A DNA stretch of 55,491 nucleotides from the NCBI GenBank assembly GCA_000934665.2, contig KZ538023.1, positions 124,001-179,491 on the forward strand, read 5' to 3'. This document shows positions 1 to 11,200 of this stretch, in pieces. Under the pieces are notes generated by a model, which was not told the origin of the DNA, did no database searches, and worked only from the letters and a program-made list of their open reading frames with translations. Each line of letters begins with the position of its first letter. The stretch's first letter is position 1. The translations under genes and the position numbers were made by a program. The DNA is from Catajapyx aquilonaris. Its lineage: Eukaryota.

Positions 1-11
1 ACGGAGCTTAC

Positions 12-2287
12 CTGATGATGGCAGTTTCCGTGAAGACAAAAGGAAGGCGAACATCTCCGCTCCAGTATCTCAACCACTTCCAGTCCCAACGTCGATTCCA
101 TTTCAGGTATCTTCTCCATGAGTGTTGCTCTGACCGCATCGGCTCCGTGGTAGCCGCTAGCTCCGTTTGCACTGACTCCGCTCTTTCTTACGGCTAATAA
201 TACATCGAGGTTTTGTGTTGCACGTGCGGACCGGTTACCACGTCCGATACGTCCAAAAGACGGCTGCACGCTGAGGATCACAATGTCCTTCAGACGAACA
301 TTCAGTGCATTGCGTACAGCACGTACGAATGACTTCTGATGAGTGAGTATGAATACTTCTGGAGTGATGTCGGCTAGTCGTACAGTAACGCTGTGCTGGA
401 CCATATCTTCAGTAATTAGCTCGACAGCGACTCTTATTGTCTCGTAGGCAGTGTACTTTCCGTCGCTCACCGAAATATTTACAGAGTAACGTCCGACATC
501 TAAGCCGGGTAGTGCGATTATCGTTCCGTCTTCCGGGTCGACTTCAAATAAAGGTATAGCTGGCTCGTCAAGAACCGGTACGACCAGAGAGTACGTCAAG
601 GTGTCATATGCATCCTGATCTGTTGCACGTACTCGTCCAATTATTCCACCTGGGAATTCATCTAGGAAGGCGTTTATAGTCACGTCTAGCGGAGTGACAA
701 TTGGCGGGTACTGCGACTCTTCAATCACACGTACTGTTACATGCGTGTCTGAGGAGAGCGGAGGTGTTCCGTTGTCAAATACCCGTATGTGCAGGTTGTA
801 CTGTTCACGCTGCTTGTGGTTAAACTTTGCGGCCGTCCGGAGCGTTCCGTCTTGCGCGATGCGAAACCATCTTCCTTCATTCCCGTTTACAATATCATAT
901 GTAAATGGCGATGCATTTGGCGGCGCATCGGAATCGCTCACTTGGAATTTCAGTATTGAAAAGCCCAGTGGCTTGTCTTCTTGAACGACAGCGGTGTGGT
1001 TGACTTGAGAGAACATTGGCGCATTGTCGTTAGCGTCGCTAACTTCAACGTTGACAAGCACGGAGCTTGAAAGTGACGGTGTGCCATGATCGTGGGCGTA
1101 CACTTCTAGTACGTAGCTTGAAACCATCTCACGGTCCAGCTGACTAGCAACAGACAGGTAGCCAGTCTCGCTGTCAACTGCAAACTGCGAGTGACGATCG
1201 CCTCGTACCAAAGTGTACGACACCCTTGAGCTGTCGCCTGAATCCACATCGCTCGCCATTACTTGCAGAATCCGGTCGCCAACTTGTGCATCCTCACGCA
1301 CAACCGCGCTGTACGTTGGCTGAGCGAACACTGGCGGGTTGTCATTCGCATCGGTCACTGTGATATTCACAGTCGCATGGTTACTCAATGGCGGTACTCC
1401 CCCGTCCGTAGCCTGCACAGTCAAAAAGTAACTGCGGACCCGCTCGTAATCCAACTGCTTCGCTACCAGAACCACACCGGTCCGCTTGTCAACATCAAAG
1501 TGGCGATGCTCATTTCCGCCAACGATAGAGTACGACACCTCCGCATTGACGCCAGTGTCCTTCGATGTTGCCAGCACCCTTGCGACCTCGCTTCCGACGC
1601 CTGCCAGTTCGGAAACCGTTGCATAGTAATACTTGGAGGCAAACTCCGGAGGATTGTCGTTCACGTCCAGTACAACCACTGTCAATTGTACTGTAGCTGC
1701 CATCTGCGGTGATCCCTGATCTGTCGCTTGCACCGTGAGGTTGTAACTTGCCTGTCGTTCCCTATCCAACGGACGTCCCAGTATGACCACTCCGCTTTCA
1801 GTATCAATTATGAAGTGGTCGTCAGCCGAATCCAGGAAAGCGTACCGGACCTTCCGATTGATCCCGATGTCACGATCATTCGCATGAACCTTTGCGACCA
1901 ACGTCTTGACCTCCCCGTCTTCAGGTATGGCCACGCTGTATCCGCTCGCTGGTGCCACAAACTGCGGTGCGTTGTCATTCACATCCGACACCAGCAGCTC
2001 TATTTCGCACTGACACTCCCATTCCGGCTTCTCTCTGTCTTGCACGTGCGCCACTAGCCGGTACCTATGTCGGTCCTCACGGTCTAACAACCGAGCGGTC
2101 TTCAGGTAGCCCTCGTTCTTGTCCAGCCAGAAGTGATCGGAGCCGGCACCAGTCAGGAAAAACCGCAGACGAGCATTGGGGCCCTCGTCACGATCCGTTG
2201 CTTCGATTGTCGTCACGTATGTTCCGGGATGTGTCGCTTCGGACAGAATGCCTCTGTAGCGTTGCTTCAGGCAATACGGAGGATTGT
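12..2287 (-). CDS. kug: Fat-like cadherin exon (2276 nt): last cadherin repeats, linker and start of Cys-rich region (D)[10 protein letters not shown]...[20 protein letters not shown]
   Basis: Acceptor cttttccag at 2288-2290, donor gtaag at 7-11. Phase 1 to 0. Absent from the ORF track, probably because the frame has no stop before the window edge. Confidence 0.93.
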
Positions 2288-5200
2288 CTGGAAAAGCGTG
2301 AACGTTAGTAATCGGCTCAATAGCAACATGAATAGGTCCTACCGTTAGCGTCCAGAATGTCGATTGTAACGCCGGTTCTCGTAACGAACGTCCCGTCCGT
2401 GGCTGTGACCTCCAAGTCGTAACTGGCCGTGCTTTCTCTGTCCAGATCCCCAGCGACGTAGATCTCTCCAGTCTGCCTGATTTGAAACTGTCCCTGAGGA
2501 TCTCCCTCGGTGATGTGGAAGGAAACGGTGGAAGGCATATCCACATCCTCATCCGTGGTGCTCAGTTGGACCACGACAGTACCAGGCAGAGCATCCTCGT
2601 TCACCGCAGCCACGTAGTGACCATGAGAAAACCGAGTGGGGCTGTCATTGTAGTCGGCAACAGTCACTATAACGGTAGTGGTGGCGGACATCTTGGGAGT
2701 TCCATTGTCGGTGGCCACAACCTCCAGTTCGTACCTACAGAACACATCAGATTAACGGTTTCATTCTAACAATTTTCAATGGCCTTGGGAAGTGGCTTAC
2801 CTGAAGGTCTTCTCACGATCGAGCGGCACGAGAAGGCTGATCCAACCCATGTATGTGTCAATGCTGAACACATTAGCCAGCGTCCCAATTGACTGTCCGA
2901 ATGAGTACCTCACATCACCGTTACTACCTTGGTCCGCATCAGTCGCTACGACTCGCAAAATGGACGTCCCTTCATCTGAATTTTCCGCTACCGTCACCCT
3001 ACAAAGGACATGTGTTAAGTACTTGTCAGTGCGACGTAACGAGCCTAATTACCTGTAGGGATTGCTGTGAAATTGCGGCCGGTTATCGTTTTCATCCAGG
3101 ACTTGCACCCAGACTTCGGCTAATGTGGTCAGCGGTGGGCTTGAATCCGTCTGAGCCGACACAGCAAGAAGGTAGGAGTCGCGGGATTCTCGGTCCAGCC
3201 GTTTCGAGAGGGTCAGTTCGCCGGTTGAGTCCACGCTAAATTGCGGATCCTCTTCGTCATGATCTCGTGAGACGATCCGGTACTTCAAGCTGGCGTTGGA
3301 CTGGTGCCATCCGATCGTGCGGAGCCGTGTTACTACAGTGCCTGGAGGAGATCGTTCCGAGATGAAAAACTTGGCGTCCTTTCGCTCAAACACTGGCGGC
3401 CTGTCCTGCGGTCCCATTATGTACACATGCACCGGTACGTCCGAGTGCAATGACGGGCTTCCCTTATCCTGAGCTCGCACGAAGAACTGGAACACTTGGT
3501 TGCCTGCAAATTAAAACACATGTTTATACGTTGCAATATTGACACTTACGCAGCGGTTACTCACTGAATTCTAATGCAGTTCGGTTTAAGAAAAGCTCTC
3601 CAGTCTTTTTGTTGACGTTAAACAGGTCGATTCTTCTGCTCACATTGCCCTCGTAGATTGTGTACTCGATTTGTGCCGCTTTGTCCGTGTCCGCATCAGT
3701 CGCTTTCAACTGCAAAACATAATTTTCGTCACTCGTGAATCGCTAACGATCACAACCGACATACCTTGAGAAATGTGGTTCCGACAGTGACGTTCCCGTA
3801 AATGTTGGCCCTGTACTCCTTCAGCTGGAATATCGGAGTGTTGTCATTCATGTCGGCCACTTTCACCTGGACAGCCGTGAACCCTAGCCTCCCGCCTGAA
3901 TCTGCTGCAACAACAGGAACCTCGTACATCCTTCTTGCCTCCCTGTCGAGGCTTTTCCTCAGCATCAACTCTCCGCTGGTCGCATTAATCACAAACAACC
4001 GCTTCATGGCCTCGGATGGGATTGAATACGTCACATGCCCATAGTCTCCTCGGTCGTGATCGGTGGCCGTCACTTTCGTAATCCGAGTGCCTGGCGGAGC
4101 ATTTTCAGGACACGCAACCTCGAACAGAGCACGTGGAAATTGCGGCGAGTGCCTGTTGGCGCTTGTGACTTCGACACGTGCCCATGTGAAGCTGGTGTAC
4201 ACTCCGTCAGTCACCGAGAGGTTCAGCGTGTGAGAAGGAGCTTCGCCAAACTTGTGCAGGTTCACAAGACGGATAGTACCAGTCCGTGGCTCTATGGAGA
4301 ATGTTTGCTGGTCGTTTCCGCCAACTATGGTGTACGTAAGCTGCGGTTGGTCCTCCTCATCTGGGTCGGAAGCCCGCACCACTGTGACAAACTGATCTCG
4401 TATGGCACTCTCGGACAGGACGCAAGAGTAGGAAGGCTGCTCGAACTTTGGCGGGTTATCATTTGTGTCCAACACTGCAAAGTAGGTTTTAAAATGAGCA
4501 CAATTAAAGCAATTATGGTCGAATTACTCACCTTCAATCCAGACGTGAGCAGTACTGGACAAGGATGGAATGCCTAAATCTGCCGCCACCACCGTAAAAT
4601 GATGGGTCTTCTGATGCTCGTGGTCTAACGACCGCTTCAGAAATATCACGCCTTCGGACGCATCGATATGGAAATATTCCGACGCATTGCTTGAATCCAT
4701 CTGGATCATGTATCGGAATTCTCGGTTGATCCCTGAAATGCATACTAGTTATGCCAGCTCCTGATATTGGTGTGATCATACTTCCTAATGCCAATCGATC
4801 TAACCTGTGTCGTTGTCCGCAGCTTCAACCCGCAAGACCGAAGTGCCGAATGGAGTTGCTTCAGAGACTGACGCATTGTACGCATCCTGGGTGAACTCCG
4901 GAGGGCTGTCGTTAACGTCCTCGACGACAATGCTGACCATGACTTCAGCCGAAGCTCCAGTAACCGAATCCATCGCCTGGATGTTAAGCTGGTAGTGGTT
5001 CTTCAGCTCGTAGTCCAGGTTGTCCACCACGTTGATAACGCCTCGAATAATTTGGTACAGGGTACAGGTGACAGGCGGATTTGGGGTGGAAGTTTGCGCA
5101 GTTTGGAAAGGTTTTAAAAAAGCAGGAGAAGCAGTGGAGACGCTTCCCACACTACTCACCTACTCACGTAAAAATATGTACAAAAAAAACGCCTGGTTTC

Positions 5201-8200
5201 AACAGGCAAACGAAAAATAAAGGAACGGCTGGCCTGGGGAAATGGAGCATGCAAGCCAAGTCAGACCGGACAGACTGCTCAGTCTTAATAGTCCGCAAGT
5301 AACGCCAATCCGATACTTACAGAGGCGGAAAATATTTTTGAACAAATTGCGACAGAGTTGCCGTGATCATTAACATGAAGAATTTCGCATCGTACGTTCT
5401 CCTGCGTCAGACACGTTTCATTACCATTAAGTTCCCTTACATAATATCCACCTTTATATAAGTGTGACAGAGTGTACGACTGAGCAATCCTGCCTTGCAG
5501 AGCGTAAGTCACAACAAAACTGGGTGCAAATACTTCACTTCTCCACACGCAAAAATTTCAAAAACAAAGTGTGGAAAGAAAGTAGGCCAAATCAACACAA
5601 AATTTTTTTTTAAAAAAAGCAACACAAGGTGCGATAAATGTGCACTTTTTTTTTTCTGTACAATGGCGAATGCAATTTAGTCACACAATTTCTGTGTAGG
5701 CAGAGAGACCTTATGTGGGATCGAAAAAGATCAAGCGTGCAAATAAGCAGTGTTAAAGAGAGAGAGCGATAGTTAAAAACGCATGCGACTTGTCTAATCA
5801 AACATGTTAGATGAGCCAGGGGCAGAGTGAAGAGCAGCAGCGGATTTTTATACATTTCCCTTTTATATTTTTTACGTAAAAACCCAATAATTAAAATGTC
5901 CAGATTTTTTTTTTTTTACATATTGTAAGCGACACCATAATAATAAAGAAGAAAAAAAGTGATGCTAGGAAAATACTCACAAGGACCATTGTTACTGTCA
6001 GGGGCTGTTGCGTCAGAAAAAAGAACCGGAGTTTGGAGGGGGGGGGGAAAAAGGGATAGAGAAAAATACATTTGTAAAAATTTGTGAATTTCGGTTCGGG
6101 TGGGGAAAAAGAGGCCTACGAGTTTGCTCAACAAAGACAAAGAGAAAAAATTATATTTACAGCTGGAAAAATGCAACACAGGGCCGTTGACATATTTATT
6201 TTTAAAAAATATATGAAAAAAAAGCCTCCAGCTGCGTAATTTTTCGCTTTGACTTTTTTCTTTTCTTTTTTTTGAACAAACTTCATGCATATTTCCTATT
6301 TTTGCGCCCTGACTAAATCTTTGAGGAAATTCGGAGGGGGGGAGGGCAGAACGAGCAGGAGAGATTGGTATAAAAGTCCACTTGCACCTTCTAAATTAGT
6401 TCCGCTGCTTTTTGTTAATCCACCATCTGCCATTAGTTTATATGTATAAAAAAATAAAAGGGATGGGTAATATATAAAAAAGAATAATCAGGGAAGCAGC
6501 ATCTCACAGTCTGGTCTCATTCTCTTTCCTGTCTAAAAATAACATGTCTGCCAACAATTACTTTTTTTTTCAATAAAGCAGCTGGAGGCAAGCGGCCCTG
6601 CTGTGGGTGTTTTAGAATATGCCACTTTCCTCCTATTCTATCTAAAACAGGCCGTTTTTTTTTTTTGGTCACATAAAAAAACTGTCACACAAAAATCATG
6701 CGTGACTATCGAGATGGCTCACCAGTGTTGAAGTCGACTGCGAACTCTTCATACTCATTTCCGTGCACGATGCTGTAAATCAGCTTCCGTCCGAGTGGCG
6801 ACTGGGCCTCGATTGTTATAATTGGCGTGTACGAAGGAACGTTTTCGGGTACGGACGCCGAATAGAACTGCTTGTCGAAAGTGGGCATCGAACGGTCAAT
6901 TACTTTCACCTTTACGGTCACTTCCGTTGAGCACGGCGTTACACCTGGAAACAAAATTTTGGATGTACAGACACTTACACATTAGTTACGTACTGACACA
7001 TACGCATTAGTTACGTACTGATGCTTACACATTAGTTACATACACATACACTAATGGCAGGTTTCACCAAGCAGCATTTACATGTAAGCGATTTGATCGG
7101 AAAATCCAAACGATCCAAACTTTTGATTGTTGTCAACAATGGTTGCTATAGCAATTCTTGTTAAAACCGAGGTTGTTGAACCCACGTTGAACCCGACCTA
7201 AATCAATCAGATTACTAACCTCCGTCATAGGCAGCAACTATGAGCTCGTAATCCTTGTGGTGTCCTTCCAGACTCTGCTTAAGCGAGACCTCGCCGGTCT
7301 TGCGGCTGACTTTGAATAGCTCACCGTTGCCTCGGACCAACTCGTATCTGACCTCCCCGTTCTCGTCTTTATCCAGGTCGATTGCGTGAACTTTGGCAAC
7401 GACCTCTCCTTTTCTGGCTCCCACTGAGACCACGGCGTAGTAGGGCAGGTTGACGAAACTGGGGCAGTTGTCGTTGATGTCCGTTACCGATACTTCCACA
7501 ACGACGTGGGCCAGCCTCGGTTTCTCCTGTCCACCTTCCAAGCTCCTGGCCTCGACGACTAGCTCGTACTTTGATTGCGCCTCACGATCAAACCGCTTCC
7601 CTGTTGTCTTAAGAACACCTGAGGTGCGTCCCATCTGGAACTTGTCAGTCGGGTTTAGTACGGAGAAGTGGACATGTTCGTTGAGGGAGCTTCCCAACAC
7701 GTTAACCACCGTTACAGGTACGATCTTGGTTGAGTTTTCCAGTACACTTGCAAAGTAACGGTCTACCGGAAAGGTCAGACCTGAGTTGCTCGTCTTCTCC
7801 ACGCTGATCCGTACTCGCGCTGAGCCAGAATGCTTTCCATCAGTCGCCTGAACCTGCAGAATGTACACTGCCTCCAGCCCATCAGCTTCAGACACTGTGA
7901 CTATCCCGGAGCGAGAATCAACTCCGAATCTGCCCTCAGGGTCACCACCCATGACCTGGTATTCGATGGTGCTGCCCGAATCTGGATCAGTTGCCTCCAC
8001 TTGAATAACCTCAACTCCCTTGAAAGTCGGCAGGTAAAGAGTTGCATTGTATTCGTTCATTGTGAATTTCGGAGGGCAGTCATTGACATCCAAGACCTCA
8101 ATCCTGACCCGTGCTGTAGTTTCGGATGATAGCCTGGGCTTCCCTGAGTCGGAAACTCGTACGCTGAACTCGTACCTCGGCTGCTTCTCGTGATCTAACG

Positions 8201-11200
8201 GCATAACGCTACGGATAGCACCAGTGTTGGAGTCGATGTGAAAGAATCGCCTTGGTGTCACCTCCACAATGTGATAGCTGAGAAGCGAGTTGAGCTCTGC
8301 GTCGTGATCTTCCGCCTTGATCACCAGTGGCCTTGATGTGCTGGTCATCACTAGAGATCCGATGGAGGCAGACTCGCTGATGGTTCCATTGTACACCTCT
8401 TGAAGGAAGCGAGGAGCATTGTCGTTCTGATCCAAAACGTGGACCACCACATTGCAAGATGCCTTCGCACCAGCCTGTAAAAAAGATGTGTTACATTGCG
8501 AATCACTACGGAACGGCATAATTTGTCCTCACCATGTTGCTAGCTTGTAGCGTAAGGTTGTAGAGCTTATGTGCCTCGTAGTCCAGAGGACACTTGGTGG
8601 TAATAACTCCAGTGGACGGATTGGCGAAGAAGGCATCGTGGTCATTACCTCCAACCACTTCATAATGGAGTGATGATGTTGCTCTGGCTTCAACATGCGC
8701 CACAAATGCACCCAGCGGGCGGTTCTCGTAGATCTCCGTGGCGTACTCCTTCCTGGCGAATCTCGGTGGTGCGTCGTCTGCCATCATCACCTGAACATGA
8801 ACTGGGATGCTTGCAGTACGAGCCACCTGCCCATGATCGCTTGCTCTTACAGTCAGCGTGTACTCGGGTGCAGCCCCCATGTCCAATTCACGAGCCACGC
8901 GAACCGTGCCCAAAGCCGAGTCGATCGAGAATGCATTACCCACATTGCCTGACACAATTGTGTATGTCACACGTCCATTTTCACCGCGGTCACGGTCAAC
9001 AGCAAACACACGCGCGACCGCAGTTCCAATGGCAGCACTCTCATGTACCCGTGCTTGAATGACCTCCGATGTGAATCTCGGTGCATGATCATTGTGATCT
9101 TGAACGCTAACCAACAACCGGGCATAGCTCCGTTGCGGCGGCGTCCCTTCGTCTTTAGCCATTATGGTCAAAACATGTTCTCTCAAGGTCTCCCGATCCA
9201 ATCTTTGCGCCAATCGCACTATTCCCTCACTCTGGTCCACCGAGAAGGCAGTCATTGACGAGGGACTGCGGGACGCATGGATGGAATAAAAGACCCGCTT
9301 GTCATGGTCACGGTCGGTGGCCCACACACGAGAAACCTCAGTGCCGACCTCCGCTTCCTCGCTCACTTCCGCATAGTACATGGACTCTGTAAACTCCGGA
9401 CGATGGTCGTTCATATCCAGCACATCAATCAGCAACTGTCGGACAAAAGGAAATCAATTGAACGTAACAGTATCGCAACAAAACAACATGGAAACTGGGT
9501 CATGTACATGCAAATTGAGATATACACCAAAAGCTGCCAATATATATTTTCCCCCTGGCGAACTTCACCATGTACGGCCTTATCACCTGGACACATCGAT
9601 ATTCAATTTTGTTTATCAGGCCAGTAAGGAGCTGCTCTCATTTCCTACCGAACCCCCAACCAGTTTGAAAGATAACCTGTGCAGCTTCTCTCCCAACGAA
9701 CGTCTATTGGTTTCCCATCAGGACAGGACTTTTCGATTATGTAGGCCAAGTACGCTCATTTTTATCTCTAGGGGACACCCCGGGTAATCTTACGGCAAGG
9801 GGCTGGCAATTAGGACGGCTGCTTACCCTGCTTCCAAATGAGCCCCATTAACCTCTCACTCGTCCTCTTTTACTCCACCCTCCTTGTCACTTTTTTTTTT
9901 CCACTTCTTTTGACCCCCACGGAAAAATGTGAGGGATGAAGAAGCTTCATTTGCATCTCTCCACCCCCTTCTCATCATTTGCAGGGAAAAAAGGGGGGAA
10001 CGAGAAAAAGAAGGAAAGAAAGAATGCAGCTCGTAGTTAATGCGGCCCAAGCTGAGGCGTACTTCTCACTTGCAAATAATTATTATCAGCATTAGACCCT
10101 AATGGCCGCACATCCTAATCAAGCCGTCTGGAACATCAGTGGGAAGTTTTCTTGGGTAGGACCTAAGGGGGGAGGGGGAGGCTACTGTAGGCTCATTAGT
10201 GGGCCTCCTACTTCACCGAACCTTCACCAACACTTGGATCAAACTACTAAAACCATAAATCTCGGGCTTAAAAGGCCGCCGCATTAGCCGGCCTCCCCCC
10301 GAAAAAGACGAGGCCTTTTTTTTTTTTTAAAGGTTCTCTCCCCCTCCCCTGCTCATCAAGCTGTCTTGCCCACGCAATTAAACGTATCCCCCTCTCCCCT
10401 AATGATTATGTAACAGGAAGAAAACTACATGGCAATTTGCTGGAAAAGCTTGTGCACATGGAAACTTCATTAATAAAATCCGCTGTCTGACAATATTTCA
10501 CCGCAGAATATATGGGTACACACTTTTCCCTGCCGCTTTTAAAGCACTAATCTGCGAAGATGTAGCAGCCATTTCCATTTTACAGTTGCAGGTGCCATGC
10601 GTTTTAAAAGCGTGTGAAATAATTAAACGCAGGGGCATTGTGCAAATAATAATAGATTTTCATGCCCAATTATGAAGCGTGATTTTTGGCTGTTAGTTTT
10701 ATGCAACCAGATTATAATCCACTTTTGTCGATATTTTGAGTGCCAATACGTAGAGCAGTGACAACTGAACGAAATAACAGCAATTAATGTATGACATATG
10801 ACAGTATATAATTATTATGGAGTATTAATAATGACCAGTTACGCTGACATTCTTCCGCACAAATAAATTGCATTGTGTATAAAATTACAACCAAATGTTG
10901 GAACGATGCGGTCAGTTTAGGTTAATTAAAACGCAATGCTCTGGTTTGCCCCAAAGCCTTAATTGTTCTAACTATATTACAACTGTCGGTTTAGGCTTGT
11001 AAAATGTGATGCTTTTGACGAGCTAAGCGAGTTACATACAATGTTCCCAGACAGAAAGTGGCGTTCCAGGTGGCATGAATACAGAATGCAAAAAGAAAAA
11101 AAAAAAAACTTCCCTTATTATATTACGCTCGTAAGAGCAGAGGAACTTTAGGAAGGAAGGTTCCCTGGGTCTAGTGTCGCACATGTAGGGAGTGCAAAGG

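Noticed and set aside
5042..5159. In-frame upstream extension of the 4805-5041 exon (ORF 4800..5159)
   Set aside because: The extension is not cadherin-like, and splicing at 5041 restores the canonical repeat
5155..5233. Tandem donor-like gtgagtag-gtgagtag with possible acceptors at 5193 and 5234
   Set aside because: The resulting 25-74 nt exons shift frame or contain stops, and are T-rich and intron-like. Use as decoy sites cannot be excluded.
15..9258. Many plus-strand and off-frame ORFs of 60-180 aa (e.g. 1263-1712, 4035-4577, 7450-7758)
   Set aside because: Antisense or alternate-frame shadows of the cadherin exons with no recognisable motifs
9794..9802. Possible 9-nt phase-0 microexon (cctaattgccag|CCCCTTGCC|gtaaga; PLA)
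   Set aside because: Weak pyrimidine tract, would interrupt a core beta strand, and such short matches arise by chance; needs RNA-seq
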